From Eledone cirrhosa (Eukaryota): a stretch of DNA of 64,000 nt. Both the position numbers and the translations under genes were made by a program. This document shows positions 26,741 through 42,365 of the stretch, piece after piece; positions within the stretch are counted from its first letter, which is position 1, and every line of letters begins with the position of its first letter. The DNA is taken from contig OZ024740.1 of the NCBI GenBank assembly GCA_964016885.1, forward strand, positions 384,152,001 through 384,216,000. Reading direction: 5' to 3'. Below the pieces are notes generated by a model. It saw only the letters and a program-made list of their open reading frames with translations, made no database searches and had not been told where the DNA came from.

Positions 26741-26786
<46 letters not shown>

Positions 26787-26854
26787 CACACACACACACA
26801 CACATATATATAGACACACACACATATATATAGACACACACACATATATATATA

Positions 26855-26890
<36 letters not shown>

Positions 26891-26967
26891 GACACACACA
26901 CACACATATATAGACACACACACACACACATATATAGACACACACACACACACACACACATATATAG

Positions 26968-27025
<58 letters not shown>
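26650..27025. repeat. Compound (CA)n(TA)nGA microsatellite array
   Basis: Direct reading. Confidence 0.95.
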
Positions 27026-27027
<2 letters not shown>

Positions 27028-28737
27028 GTATAAGCGTTAAACCACTTATGAATCTTGAATGTACATTTGTATGTTAACTTAAAATTAACATCTTCAACGC
27101 ATTGTTGCCATAATACTAACATATTGAAGTGAATTAGTTGTGATATTCATGTGTATACAATATCAGATTCGTAGTTATCTGGAAATGGGGAAACATCATT
27201 AAAATGCGCAAAGGTAAACTCTCAGAAATATTGGAGGTTGTATACAGTTCATTGCTTTCACAGAGAAGGCTTCTAATTAAAAATAAATGAATATGGTGTT
27301 GATTACTTCCTATCAAATAAATTTATTAAAAACATCCGATACCTTTTGTTTCGTCAGTCAATTCATGAAAGGTTGTCATTTGGAACTGCAAAGCTACTAG
27401 ACTAAATACATTTCTGCCGGTATACACCCCGGGTCCTCATGCATATAATTCCATTCTAGATTTTTTGCTTTAGTTGATTTGCAAAACTAGTCAACGTCAA
27501 TATTGTGTCAAATTATAATCTAATACTGTCGAAACCTCTCCGCAAATCAAATTACTGTGCACCATTTTATTCTGCCCATTGCTGTTTTTGATATTCCCAC
27601 TGTCAGCTAGGATTTCCTTTAGGTCAATAATAGACAGCTACAGGTATAGCCTCAATATCAGCATAAACATCAACAACACAATTGATCAAAGGTGAATTGG
27701 GCAACAGCAATAATATAATCAACGACGTTCTTTGTATGCTTAATATACCGATCACTATAATAGTGTGGTCTGGCAGGAACCATCTCTTCCTAGAAGTGGC
27801 AGACGAATGTAGACTATTGTCAAAGAAGTTAACTTGTATGTTCTCACATCACGCAAGGTTGAAGATTGTGCTCATATTAAGTTTCCTGAAATAAAGAATA
27901 AAGCCACTACAGCAGATGGTTACATAATTCAATAAAGAGGAGCAGATAACTTCTATATTCAATGCATTTAACTATTTGGCGTACGAATGAAAATATGACG
28001 AAAGTTTAACATGTCAGGAATACTAATGCTTTTACGATGTAAACAGTCATAACTATATATACTCTTCTATAAAGAAATGCGTGTACTGTAAAATCATTTA
28101 GTTGGATAGAAATTGCATTTACATAATGTATTATGTCAATATACATGTTTACGTTATCTAGATCTTTGTAGTGAAATGTTATATGCAAGTAGGTAAGTAG
28201 ATGCCACAGATTTGTATAATTGTTTGCTAAGAACAGTTACCGTGTTGCAGATATGATTGATAATTATTGGGGTTGCAATACAAAATTCAATTCTGATTGC
28301 TGGGATATTCTCTAGTAACAGGATGACTATATTACCTAAAGGGAGATTTAATGTTCACACATTGATCGGAAAAGAGAGCAGAAATGTAATTAACCACGGT
28401 TGAGTTAACCAGGAAAGAAGATAAAGTAATATATCATTACTCACGTGATTTATTTGATACAATTTCGAATTGTTTTATTTCTTTTTCAATTAGCAAAAAG
28501 ATCTTCTGTTAAAAAAATACAGCGGCCTAGATTGATATATTATTTAATGTTATGTGTACTGCAGAGAGAAGACAACCCGTTATGAATATTTCACTGACGT
28601 TTCACCATACTACATGTCTGCAACGCCTTTAAACTCTGCGTCTAAGCAATAATTACGCTGAACCATCATCACGCCAGCATCTCTATACAATATTTTACAT
28701 TTAATCTACGGAAAAGTATACTATGTACTTTTGTACT

Positions 28738-28771
<34 letters not shown>

Positions 28772-28772
28772 C

Positions 28773-28858
<86 letters not shown>

Positions 28859-29629
28859 ACATGTATGTGTGTGTTTCTGTGTATATATATATGAAGGAGA
28901 AATATTTCTTTATGTTTAGTTAAAATTAAGAAAGAGAATTGAATGTAATTAGCCAGCGCAATTAACGAAGCAATTAACATAAAGTTTTCAAGGACCACGA
29001 GAATAAGACAACGGACCTGAAATGCCATCCGCATCAATTGCCCACACTAATTCAAAACAAGGTAGATTTCTTCAGTTGTGGTTCTGAATATTACTCTTTC
29101 AATTTATAAGTTCTAGTTACCAGAACCATGATGTACTCACTGGTAATCTCTGTTATACAGAGAGGATACAATCGGAGTCAGACAGTAGAGGACAATTTGT
29201 GTGATGTCTATATAGGAAGTGAAAATTGAAATTAGGAGCAGATATTGTGCTTTTGTTTACCCAGACCTAAACATACCGCGGATGTACCGAGTGGCTTCAA
29301 AATGTCATGCAATATATTTATAGCCATATATTGACTGAATTCAGAATGGTTTCAATAGATATACTTGCAGATTGGTGGCGTAAAAAAAAAAGATTAAAAA
29401 CAAAACTCATTTACACCTTAGGCATAACAGTCTTAATTGCAGGCAAATTGTACGCCTATCGATAGCCAAACACGAACACTATATCGATGAAAACCATACC
29501 CATTTACTGACGTGGGGTAACAATGAGTAAAAATGCCATTGATCTATAGACAGGAATATTTCAATATAGCAACAAATGCTGTGATAGCATGGGCCGCTTT
29601 CTGTGAAAGAATAGTTTATATAGATAATG

Positions 29630-29835
29630 ATTTCTACTATAGGCACAAGGCCAACAATTTTGCGGGAGGGGAAACTCGATTAAATCGAGCCAGTGCGCGA
29701 CTTGTACTTTATTTTACCGAACACGTAAGAATGAAAGACAAAGTTAACCGCAGTGGGATTTGAACACAGAACGTAAAGGGCTGTAACTCTATGCTACCAA
29801 GCATGTTGCCCGACGCTGTACAAAGACTGCCAATA
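29630..29835 (-). mobile_element. tRNA-derived SINE (older copy)
   Basis: Reverse complement of the SINE tail (GGCACAAGGCC), core and B box (GGATTTGAAC). Confidence 0.75.
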
Positions 29836-30149
29836 GATGATGCCATGCAGCCACAGAAGACTGATACCAGAAAGGGGAAATTACCTACTGAGACTCATCA
29901 CACAATCTAGCAGTCAACACGAACATAGCTAGGAATGTTCTAACTTGATAAGTTCACATACGCAAAAACGCCAAATGTCATTCAATTCAGGTAATTTTAA
30001 TGTTATCGATTCCAAAAAAGACAGCATATTTCTCAGAGCAAATATTAACTGCCAAAGAACACAGAATCTACTAAATTGCAAGCGTTAAAATATTTCTAGC
30101 CTCTATCTAAATAAGTGGTATACCGACCACCTATGAAACCTGCTGACGG

Positions 30150-30500
30150 CATTGGAATACGTGTTACGTATCGATCTGCGAAAACATTCGACAGTCATTT
30201 CCGTCAATATCTGACGGCATACAGATCAATAAATGTGTAAATTGCAATTTCACTGGGAATGCATGGATGAGAGCTTGGCATGTTCTCAAGATAAACATTA
30301 TTTTTGCCTGATTCAAAAGGTTCCAGATACTGAAGAAATAAAGGACATCTTTCAATCAAAGATGAAATGTGAAGTAATATTTCTGCCATCGTGAGAGTCT
30401 TTGGTCAGTCCCATTCAGTCAATCCTGCACAACAATTCGTCCTGACGCTGCTAACGGTATTCTGAGTTACCTCGCTCTATACCACTGCAGCAGAAGAATA
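30150..30500 (+). pseudogene. Possible pogo/Tigger transposase remnant
   Basis: GNAWM and EVIFLPS*ESLVSPIQ resemble the pogo motifs N.KAWM and V.FLPPNTTSLIQPMDQ. Confidence 0.35.
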
Positions 30501-32256
30501 GATGTCTGAAAATTTGCAGATAAACATCTCCCGCGATGAGACGAAAGATATGAGGTTTTACTTTACTTTCTTTGCGTGTGAAGTAAGTGAGTTGCTGTGC
30601 TCTAAAAATAGACAACACTGTTCTTTCACCATTAGGCATGTGTTATGTAAGGTTGTATACAGATAGCGTCCATTCTCTTAAGTTTGTGAGTGGATGTTGA
30701 AGAAGTGATCATTGTTAAGAATAACAGCAACATGTTCTATCAATTCTCTGGGCTATGATAAAATAAATAGTAGTTATGTAGATGGATGGTTGAAATAATT
30801 AGCAGTTATGTTCTGGCGATGATCGGATTCATGCAATGCCATCCCAATGTTAGACATCTTGTGTTAGAAATCGTTATTTCGATTTTTGAGAAACGTCCGA
30901 TTCCAGGTGAAATACATATCCCTCCTTTCACAACATTATACTTGTTACACAATTTCTCTGTCTTCCATTGCCATTAGTACTTTTGTTTTTTAGTGGTATT
31001 TTCATGGTACTGATCCATTATGACTTCAGAGAGCCGAGAGTTCAGATGTTTGTTTATTTCCAATTAGAATGATTTCACATTACTTATGTCATTAACTCGG
31101 AGAAAATTACTAACACTATAACACACACCTATGTATGTGGGTTCACTGAAACCTATTATAAATAGTAACAATATTCCCTTCCATATCGCATGGTCTTAAA
31201 TAAAGACACTTGAAACTATGTAGCCCTAAATAAATCGTGTTTGAAACAAATACCGCATGGTCACAGTTAGATGTGTATTGATCGTAAGTCTGCTTGATAA
31301 GCATTATCCTGAGCAACACAAGTACTACAAATATATGTAAAGATAAATCGTATTCTAAACATTTAAGAATTATTACTATTTTCTTTTAAAGAAAGCAATC
31401 ATGGTGGTTAATAGTACTGAGGAAAATGAGGTCGAAGGACAGGAGCACAATAAACTATCAACTGTTGGATAGGAACATGTCGTAGACTCATCAATTTCAG
31501 TTCGATCGAGGAGTGAATGTTTATTATGGCAGGGGAGTTCGGCTTTGATACATTTATTCATTATGCATGTACATTTCATTTAACAAGTATAAACATGTTT
31601 CAAAAGAAAGTGAACAGATAAAGCAAAAAATAACGAATATAATAAATATGCTTTCGACAAATGCCACATAGACATTTCACCGCCAAAGAAGAAGACGACG
31701 GCAACAAAAAACAATACCAGTGAAAGCGATATATATAGAATCATAGCAGTGGTCTTCACAGTATAACCACATGAAACTATAAGAGCAAATGACTGTGATC
31801 ACAGTAACAACATCTAATATCAGCAACAGTATCATCTCTAACACTAACATACATCTTTAAAAAGCTATTATATTGAGTTCTTACATTGACAACAGGAGAT
31901 AGATACAGTTGATTAAAAAAGATTTTAGTGTGTGTCTTGTATACTGTTTACTTTCCACTGACAAATAAAAGCTATCATTAAATTCCGGTAGATTTTACGA
32001 AACGTAGAACTTTTCGGTCAGGTACAAATACGAATAAGCTTTCGCAGGCCAAATGTTACATGTGAGAGTGATACGGTATTACTAAATTTGAATATAAATA
32101 CTTCAACATCTGAGGAAAGAGGGAGATAATCTGAGGAGGAAGGATTGTGTAAAGAGATTAGCGTCAGCTTTATGCCTGGCGGCAAACGAAATGTAATCTA
32201 TAGACGAAAATGTACTGTAGACTTTCTTAAAAATTGTATGAAACTAGCATGCTATG

Positions 32257-32378
32257 GAAAACAAATATCATTCCCCCTTATTCTATTAAAACAAATATCA
32301 TTCCTCCTTATTTTATTAAAACAATTATCATTCCCCCTTATTTTATTAAAACAAATATCATTCCTCCTTATTTTATCA
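32257..32378. repeat. 30-bp tandem repeat x4
   Basis: AAAACAAATATCATTCCYCTTATTYTATT units. Confidence 0.9.
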
Positions 32379-35300
32379 ATCTTAGTTGCCTTACAGAATA
32401 AAATGTTATGATGTAATATATTGGCTGTTAAGAGGCCTAGGTGATTTTAAATCAATCCTTTACGAGCGCACAGTATTGATATTGCTATAAAGGCAATTTG
32501 CCTATGGACTAGAAAACTAAACGAGGTAATCTTTTATACTCAAAACATCTATATTTTTTATAGATCAATTGACATTTATCTTTTAATTGAGCATAGTATC
32601 TAAGTGAAACCAGTGTGTTTAATTCACTAGGAATATAGTGGTACAGTATATCGTATCAATATTTCTTTGAGCTTTACCAACGTTGTCGTTCTGTAGCATA
32701 ATAACATTATTCCTAGATTACGTCATCGATTTGATTTGATATTTAACATTGTCAGATCTGCCAGCCTCTAAAAGCCAAAACGGATTGTACCATGAAAATA
32801 AGAGAGATGAGGCAACATGGGGAGATTTTACATAATGAAAGCTATACCCATTTCCACAAGAAAAGATATATTTTACCCACCTCAAAGTGGGTGGGAGATC
32901 TCCCCAGCAGACATGGAGATTTGACAGGTCTGCATTGTTTGCTTTTTTGAGGGGAGATAAAAATGACAGAAACGAATTCTCAAGTAAATACGCAAGAGAG
33001 AATGAAAAAGAAAGTAGTTTCAATGTTGTTCTGAACATAGATAGTTTACAACATTTCAAGAATCAAACGCTTCAGAAAAAATAGAAGAGAAAACAACTCC
33101 AATAAAAATAATATATTTCATGATTCTGTCTAAATACCAAACTAACGTTTAGTTTTCGAAGTATTTTCATTCATTCCACTAGTCGAAATGTGATATAATG
33201 ACAAATATTTGAACTACATAACGTTTAGAATTTACTTACGTCGATTTGCTTTTTAAGTTTACAATCAAAGTTTAATAAAATAACGACTTGCTTTATACCC
33301 TTGCCGATTCAGTCCAGTATACCTCTTTAGGGATCTTTGCTTTTATGAAAAAGTAAGAATTCGATATTAGGACTGCAATGCCAACGAAATGTGAGCTTTT
33401 GAACGCTATTTCAAAATAACCTTATCAATAACGTATTTTTGTTCTTCTTGGGAATTCTATCAATTGCAGTTGTATTTCAGTAAAAAAAAAACATATTGAT
33501 TAAATAGGATCTGTGCAAAGAGCATTTACACGCAGTATATCGAATCTCCAAAGACAAGGTATAAATTACAATCAGCGAATGTCCAAATTGAACATCCCTT
33601 GGGATGGATAGAAGAAAATGAATCAGAAATGAACTCTATTTACATAATTTTGAAGCAATTAAATATAAAATATATTAACTGATTAAAACTAAGCCGTAAT
33701 AATTTAACAACGCAACTAAATTATTAGTTATATCATGCAACTTTCAAATCATTTTTCAGTTGAGTTTTGGAATAAACTTCCCCGAAGCACAATTTTAGTA
33801 TGACGTAGAGGATTTTTTTAATAAATGAAATCAGCAAAAGAATAGCAAATTGATTTTAAACTATTTACAACTGGCAGACTCTTAAATAGTAATAAAATTG
33901 GCAACTGCCTGTTCTAATTGTAGCATTCTTTGGCAGTTCGCCATCTTGTGACAATAACATTTTTCGTCAAATCTTTAAATATTCACTTTCGGATTTTTCG
34001 ATGCCATTTTTTAAATTGTTGAATATATTTGGAAGGTGGCATTTTTACTCATAAATTTATCTAGTTTGTATCACATTTACCCATTTTACGAGAAAAAAAA
34101 AAACGCGATAAAATTAGAATTATGCCAAACGTTAACTAGTATTCCAAACTATCAGCAAAGTCTTTAGATATTTAAACTGCCATGACTATATTTGAACACT
34201 TACATAGCAAATTCGCTTGTGCTTTCTATTCATTAATTCAAAAAAGTGGAAATGGCTTCAGCCTAACTAGATATGGTGGCAGGATACTTGTTGTTCAGCA
34301 TTGCTTGAAACGTTCAATCAGAGAGAAAATTCATTATTGACGAGATATACTTATAGGCTAACACGTTTATAAGAGCAGCCTATCTAGTATATGCCAACGT
34401 TATAAACATTAAAGATGGCAAACTATTAGGCTATTTATAATGTCGAATTAAATGTTTCGTTGTATTTGTTCCGGTGTTCGGCGCTCTGAGTTCAAATTTA
34501 CCTTTCATTAATTTGGGGTCGAGATAAACTACCAATTCAGAAATGTGTGTTACAGAAATGACATGATCACATGACATGATGCCTTGTGGTATCTCTTACC
34601 GTTCTTTTCTTTCTGTGTTTGCCTGTATAGTCCTTGATGTCAACCTATATTGATGTTTGTCTTTCACCTAGACAAACTTAGCGGCATGAGGAGAGGAGAC
34701 CTGAATGTACTGATGTCTGTTGGTCTCCCATAACATCCTTACGAGAGGAACCACCTAGCTGTAGTTGCTTGGTTTATGGAAGTCTTAAATATAAAATAAA
34801 TTAACATCCCTACCACTTTTAATGTCACAATTACTTAGCTATTTAAACCCAGATCTTTTCGTGTTGGCAATTACTAGAAATGGTACAAAAACATGAGATA
34901 AATATTTCATTTTTTTACCCGAAGTGCGTGCCACACATAAGAATTCATAGAAGTAGTTAGCTTGGAGATATATATTTAATGTGATGATACGTGTTGGCAT
35001 GAAGTAACGAACCCGGATGCATGACATAGCAGCCAAATATTTTTAACGATCCTATCCTACTTCCTTAAAATAAAAACGGATATATTGGACAATTTAGATC
35101 TAAATAAATTATTACAGTCTGGGGGACAGCCATGGTCTACTCTACTCAAGATAGTTTGCTCATAGGGCTACACACACACAATAACTGTTGTTAGTTTAAA
35201 AGCAAATATAATTTATGCTTTAAAGATGCTATAGATGTTGTTGAATGTGTTGAGTTACTTAATATATTTTACATTCTAAAAACTTTCTTTGCATTCAAAG

Positions 35301-37741
35301 AATTTAGACTACCTGACGCAAACCGGTTTAATATTAAAATTAACTTCATTGTCATATATTTTCATGTATGCTGTTGTTATTGTAATTATGTATCGACTTT
35401 TCAACTCTGTTCAATCAGATTTATAATCAGTCATTCCGGCCGTTACTATACCATCTACATTTTTCAGATATAGTTTGTCGAAAAATACATCATCTACTGT
35501 ATTCCACCACATAAAAGAAGATAAATGTTATTTGATGGAGATTTTGTTATTCCTGGCACTTTCAGTGACCACGACATAGCCCCCACCCCAACGACTTCCT
35601 GACCTATGTATATTTATCGTATCGCACAAATGATAAATGATGGATAATACTGTCGGTTTTCCGGACATGTTTCTAATTGTTTTTGCCGATTTAAATTACT
35701 CCTAACTTTTTTTGCATGAAGTGCTTTAGAAACACATTCATTCAAATTATCTATTATATATTATGTATTTCGTAGCACTCCTGCTAGCTATCATCAAGTA
35801 ATTTTAAACAGACACTATATTGATTTAAAACCATCTCTTTTCTGACATTTAATTTACAAACACCAAGTATGTGAAAGTCAACCCAGCGAAATTAAACTCG
35901 GAAGACTATGGTATTGAACTAGCTAGAGTAAATTATAAATACACAATTAAGATAATCGTTTTACAGCTTCAGCTATTTCTCATCTGTTACTTGTAAGAAG
36001 ACTAAAAATATATTGCCGGGACTTATGGCTAGTTATATATTTATGAATCCATATGAAAGCTATATATTTATAAACCATAACACCTCATAGGGGCGATGGA
36101 GTGACATACCATTTTGGTCATTCATTTTAAACCTTTTGGAACACATCCTGCAACAGGTCTAGTCTAAGCACAGTCGATTTCATACACGGAAGTAGAGATA
36201 GAGAGGAAAATGAGGAAGAATTCACCCCATTTTGGTACTTTATTATTGAACGCCAAAGGAAGAAAGGCAAAGTAGATGTCGGTTGAATTTGATCTCAGAG
36301 ACAGACAGCCTGAATGAATATCGGAAAGCATTCTATTCGACGTTTAATGACTCTCCCGATTCCCCACATCTGTGACTAGTTAAATGGAGTTTATTATTTG
36401 TCGCATTATTTTAACAATACTGGGGAGATGAAAAGCAAAGTTGACAGTGAGGTTTGAATATAGAACTGAATATTGCTCAAAGTAAAGGCGCAATGTATAG
36501 AATTGAGTTTCAATACGTCTAGCAACTTTGCACACAGAGACACAATTATTGAGAATGCAATATCTTAACCATGGTCATAATGCAACGCTAGTGCTAAGAC
36601 ACTAACCGCCGATTTGATATTGAATAACAGATTCTCTTTCAGCTCGTCTATCCTTGCATTCCCACAATAGTAACTGCAAACATCCATACCATACTCAGAG
36701 CGTACTGTGCAACGTATCAAATGTTGATTCAGTGATATGCAGTAACAATAACAATGACAACAACATATGCTCGCATCACTGCAAATTGTAGTAAAAGCTT
36801 GTCGATAAAATAAAGCCAAAAATGAGGAAAAAGAGAAAGACAATCGAAGGGGAATAAATCGGGGAAAAGAGAGAAAAAATGTAAGGCACTAAAACCAAAC
36901 AAATGAAGGACAATATTAAGTACCTAAATGAGAAATTGAATGGAATGAAACAAATAATATAGACTCAAAGAAGAAAAAGAGAAAAAGAAATACGATTCCG
37001 TCAGCTACACATTGGTTGGGCTAAAACCACCTCATAGTACCAGATGAAAGGGTACCACTTTTTTAAAAGAGGAGTAGAGGACAATAACAAATTTTAAATA
37101 TTTTAATGAAATCTACAAAAGGCAGTGAGTTTCTTGTGAACCGATAGTGAAACTGGGATGTTGTTTCCGGTCATGAACAGTTTATTCCATTAATGTTGCT
37201 CTAAATGTTAGCAGATACACACAAAATACTTAATATCTTCTCTTTTCTCTAGGAAATACTGCCATGAAAATACTTCAATACAGTTTGAATCTTCTAATCA
37301 CCATATACTACGCTAAATTACACTACATTCCAAAACTAGAATATCACCTACATGTCACATCTCGCTATATGATATAGCGAGACACAATAATGTGATACAA
37401 CAATGTTATTTATAGTTACAGAACAATTTACACCATATTTCACACCAAAACGAATAACACTACATACACCGCACATTATAAGCTTATATGTCTTCTAAAT
37501 TTTGAGATGTTAACCAATAGTCTGATACATAAATATAGTTTCAACCAACTGACACCATGCGATAAGGAGACTGGCTTGATTGTTCGGTTAGAAATTCGGT
37601 TTCGCCAACGACCACAAGGTTCTTTATGACACCTCTTGCCAAACCTTGTTGGAAGAAATTGTGAAAACCTCCGTCATATATATGTGCAAACGTACTTGTA
37701 TGTGACATTCACTTATCATATAAAGCAGTGATGGATGTAAA

Positions 37742-37915
37742 TATTGGTTTCTTATATAGGCACAAGGCCAGTAATTTTGGAGGAGGGGAAAGTCGATTAT
37801 TTTATTGACCCCATAAGGATGAAAGGCAAAGTTAACCTCGGCGGGATTTGAACTCAGATCATAAAGAGGCGTAACTCTATGCTGCAAAGCAAGGTTTCCG
37901 AGCCTCTACCGAAAT
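37742..37915 (-). mobile_element. tRNA-derived SINE
   Basis: GGCACAAGGCCAG...GACCCCATAAGGATGAAAGGCAAAGTTAACCTCGGCGGGATTTGAACTC. Confidence 0.85.
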
Positions 37916-39094
37916 CGAAACAATGGTATGAATTTTGAACGAGTTTCTTTGTGGTATTTGTTCTGTACCGAGCTACTCCAATGTCACAGCCACCTCTACA
38001 GCATTGTTTACAGGTTACGATATCAAATTAAAGACGATTTGCATAATAGTGAAGCTCCACTATAAATCTAGGTAAAATATGAATATTTTTAAATCTACAT
38101 TTATACAACAGTTTATACTCCTACGCTCTATCTTAATACTCTCAAACTCTATAATGAGTTCTGTTTGTGACATATATAACTATCTTACATGCTATATTAA
38201 TTTCCATTACATTCAATAAAATACCGGTAGAAGGTTTAGAGCAACGTTTGAATTTCTTTGTCTTATTTATTCTGACATCTTGCATGTCATGATCCAATAT
38301 TTGGATCGATAAACTGACGAGGTTTACCGGGATAATAACGCACCCTTATTTCGGAAAAAATATTTCGAAAAAGTAGTATTTCTCAATAAAGATTCAGCCT
38401 GATACCCATACGTATTTTTCCAGGCACAAAATATCTTAAAACATCGAAATAAAGAAAGTATTTCATCTCCCCACCAAACCAAACATAATTATTTAGTTTG
38501 CTTCAACGTCTACAATATCTGAATCTCTTACCTCTATTCATTAGATTTTTTTACAAATTATATGGTACTTGTATTTAGAAGAAGATATCGATATTGTATT
38601 TTTAGGTATTGAAATAACCTTAATTAGGGATGTCTATTTAATTATTCAGCGAAGGTTACCAGGACAATTTTATAAAAAAATTGTCGAACAGAATTCTGAA
38701 AAATTATGGAATTGCGTTTGAAAATATTTCATGATGAAAATGTTGCTAATAAATGATTAATTAACATTTTTTCATTATTATTAAAACTTCGATATTTTAA
38801 ACATTACCGATTTTGATTCTACAAAAATAAATTCAGAAATTCAATATTTTGCAATCACCCTACTCGTCAAAATATACATAAAAATTGACTCTACGACGGT
38901 ATTAATTTACTTAGTCGATAATTTAATAGGATAGTCAATAGGATTCTTATCTCTAAAAGTAAAATCTATAAGCATATGCAATTTCAATCTCCTGTTCACC
39001 AAATTCTCGTTACATGTTTGCATCTGCTTGAATTGTAATTTAGTTTAGCTTTTCTTTTAAGGCAAATCATGGCAGCAGCAAATGTTTCTTTTTT

Positions 39095-39183
39095 CAAATC
39101 TTAATTTTAGTCGTTAAATAAGAAGGTATTGCCCTTCAAATCTTAATTTTAGTCGTTAAATAAGAAGGTATTGCCCTTCAAAT
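39095..39183. repeat. 42-bp tandem duplication
   Basis: TCAAATCTTAATTTTAGTCGTTAAATAAGAAGGTATTGCCCT occurs twice. Confidence 0.9.
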
Positions 39184-39399
39184 CGTATTTTCAACCTTGT
39201 TATCACATCGTCAATGTATATTTTGTTGGTTATTATACCCAACAGGCATCGATGTTTTACAATTAAAATCATTCGCAAAAGGTATTGGATAATTTGGTAC
39301 ACATTTGAAATTATTACACAGCACTAATCTTATATCAAGCTGAGAATACCCCAATGGGGTCCATTACCCCGAAGTAATTAACTAACCCCACAAATCCGA

Positions 39400-41110
39400 A
39401 ACCACCATGATCGCCAAGAGCACATAGAATGATTCCCTTTCCCCTCAGAACTATCCATCCTACAGGTGGGTGTTAAGAATAAGCCCATTCCCTCGGCTTC
39501 TCATTGTTATATACACCCACATTTTAACAAATGCACTGGGTGTAGCACCGCCATATCCACCCACACCTACCTTTCCAAGTGGAACCTGAAAATGTTGATT
39601 AGAAATTAGCCGAAGTAAAAAGTATCTGCTTTCACTCCTTTCAGTTGCATCCAACACAAACACTTTGGAATCAGCCACTAGAGAGAGAAACACTGCATGT
39701 CCATCCTGGCCAAAGGAAGGCGATGTGGTGAGTGATATTCACAATGGGGTTGGTCGTTAGCCGGATCCGTGCATACGATAATAGTTATTACACAAAACTC
39801 AACAAATATACACTAGTCGAGTGTCTGCAGAACTGTTTCATTGTACTGCGAGAATCTCGTACCGGTCCGTCTGACAGCACATCCGTGCCTGTATCAAACC
39901 GCTAATGACTACCTGTCGCACTGGAAGGCCAAACGATTCTGGAAATTATCCATAGTCAACAAAGTTCTCTAGAGCAGATTAGTAAGCTCGTTTTCACGGT
40001 GTAAATCGTCGCACTTGCCCACAATTAATCCTCCATAAGACGCTAAAGTGGAATTTCCGCTGAACACGTTGGCCGATTTTTAGAGAGCTGTGAGCGCCTG
40101 AAACCATTTCAGATGACAAGTGCCCTGTCTCTGTTTTCCCCTGAACCAGGACTGCAGCTCCGTCAAAAACGCCTATTCATATTTCAGGAATATCGGCATG
40201 CTTGTACCTCCTTCAGAGTCCTCCGCGCAAAGAAAGTTAGTATCAGATGCATCGCCTGATCAGTGGAAACCGTCCCTTCCTCAAGACTTGCAAGAACAGG
40301 CGCTGCAGCCCGAGGAGCAGCGGACTGGGACAAAGCACGATAGCCAGGCAGTAATATCTACCTGACCGTTCATTGAAAGCTTCCTCTCAGCGAATTTCTG
40401 GGTCAGAACAACCAGACTGCTCGTTAACTCGCCACAGTTCTTAACCACTTAAAGGTTTGGGCTAAACAAGAGCCCTAGCAACTTACCAGGTTCCTTTTTC
40501 CAGGGCCTCATGGCACTGCAGAACGGCATGGATTTGCCTCTCAAGGTGCCGATCTGTATTTGCAAATAGACCGTCAACTCAACTTTTACCCCTTCCAACG
40601 TTTCATATTCCATTAAGGAGTTGCCCACCACATACCGGTGTCAGCAGGATGCCCTGAAACACCTCAAAATTTCGCAGTATTGAGACGACAGTCACTACAT
40701 ATAGAAATGCGTACGGAAAGCATCCATAATGGACGGAGCGCGTGATCTTAAATTGTTCCAATTCGTGGCCATATACAATCGGGCAGATGAGGCTGTGCAT
40801 GAAAGCTATTCAACCTCTGAAGACGGAACCGAAACTGGCTACTTTCATGTTGTCATGGATGTGTCAGTATTTGATATAGGAGTGTTCCGTGTATTGCGGG
40901 AGTGTGTATGAGATCATATGTTCCTTTTGTGTGTTTTTGTATACCTTCTTATTTTGTTTCTTACTATTTGGGAAACCCTGATATTCATTTTGAGATGAGG
41001 AGATACCCGAGGAATCTATTTTGGATATGAATAGAATTGTGTTTGTTTCTAAGTTTCTACGTGTATGTGCAGGAACGGAGAGGGAGAGTTGGGTTGAACG
41101 TTCTCACGGT
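39400..41110 (-). mobile_element. Degenerate, internally deleted L1/Tx1-clade LINE
   Basis: FKITRSVHYGCFPYAFLYVV (cf. RSVRQGCPLSPLLY), PWKKEPGKLLGLLFSPNL, RKLSMNG, and C-terminal FLSLVA...AFVKMWV. Confidence 0.7.
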
Positions 41111-41291
41111 GAAATAGTTGGTAGCCTTTTCTATTGTTTTTTTAAGTTAATGTTATTGTTGTTTTTGGTGGTAGTGGTATTGGCGGGGTATTGGTGATGC
41201 CAAACATTTTAAGAAGGAATGTTATAAAAACAATTGATAATTCACTACAACTACGTATCAAAATATGCGTGATGACTACCAGAGAAATCAA

Positions 41292-41615
41292 TAATAATTG
41301 TTTCTACTTTTGGCACAAGGCCAGCAAATTACCCAGTACGTTACTCGTACTATATTTTATCGACCCCGTAAGGATGAAAGGCAAATTTAACCTCGACGGT
41401 ATTAGATCTCAGACCATAGAGTGACGTAACTATGCTGGAGAGCATGGCGTCCGAGCCTCTATCGATACTCACAAATGGTTTCTGATTTAGGCCCAAGGCC
41501 AAGAATTTTGTGGGGGAGTTGATTATATCGGCTCATGTACATATTTTATCGACCCCGTAAGGATGAAAAACAAAGCTAAACCTCGGTGGCATTTGAACTC
41601 CGAACGAAAAGACCT
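41292..41615 (-). mobile_element. Two tandem SINE copies
   Basis: The core ATCGACCCCGTAAGGATGAAA occurs at ~41359 and ~41548. Confidence 0.8.
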
Positions 41616-42229
41616 CTGTTACAATTATTAGAGTATGGTGTCCGTTTTGAGAACAGTTTCCTCTTTTCCTGCTTCCAGCGCATCTTGGTGTTTCTCATTA
41701 AGTACGGAAAAAAAATTGTAGATATTCTTTTAAGGAAACACTTTATCCTCACCTGTTTCAAACGCCTATTCCTTTCATTTTTGTAATACTTCAGTATTAT
41801 TTCTAAACTATAATATCACTATATTCAAGAATCATGTTCACACATCAATATTTTCATTTAACAATGTAGATTATTTTGGTTTGAATCTACATATTACACC
41901 ACACAAAATTACACTTCACTACAAATTGTCTTGTTTTTTCAGATCCGTATTCATAACAAAAACTTTCACTGAATGCACACTACACTAAAGAACTACTCTG
42001 AAACTACTGGGAGATCTGTCTATCGCGCCGATACATTCAATCTACCTATATCATACATCAATCTTATTTAAAGCTGCAGAATATAAACTATACTAATAGA
42101 AAACACTTGAGACAAGGAGGAAGCTTCTGCTTCGTAGGTCAATCTGTTAAAAATAGCAACCAAATTATTTCCAAATGATTCCAAGTCCTATGTTAGAAAT
42201 AGCATATTGAATAATGTAGTTTGGGACAC

Positions 42230-42365
42230 ATTATTGCTGTAACAAATCCCGCCGAGGTTGACTTTGCATTTCATCCTTACGGGGTCGATAAAATAAAGTA
42301 CCAGTAATGCACTGGGTAATTGCTGGCATTGTGCCTAAAGTAGAAACAATTATTGCTGTAACAAA
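42230..42365 (+). mobile_element. 5'-truncated SINE with perfect 17-bp TSD
   Basis: ATTATTGCTGTAACAAA at 42230-42246 and 42349-42365. Confidence 0.9.

Noticed and set aside
28590-28675. Minus-strand GTGATGA...GAAACGTC
   Set aside because: The core is mutated and stems I and II do not pair.
32257-32378. 30-bp repeats as a CRISPR array
   Set aside because: No spacers and a eukaryotic context; it is a plain minisatellite.
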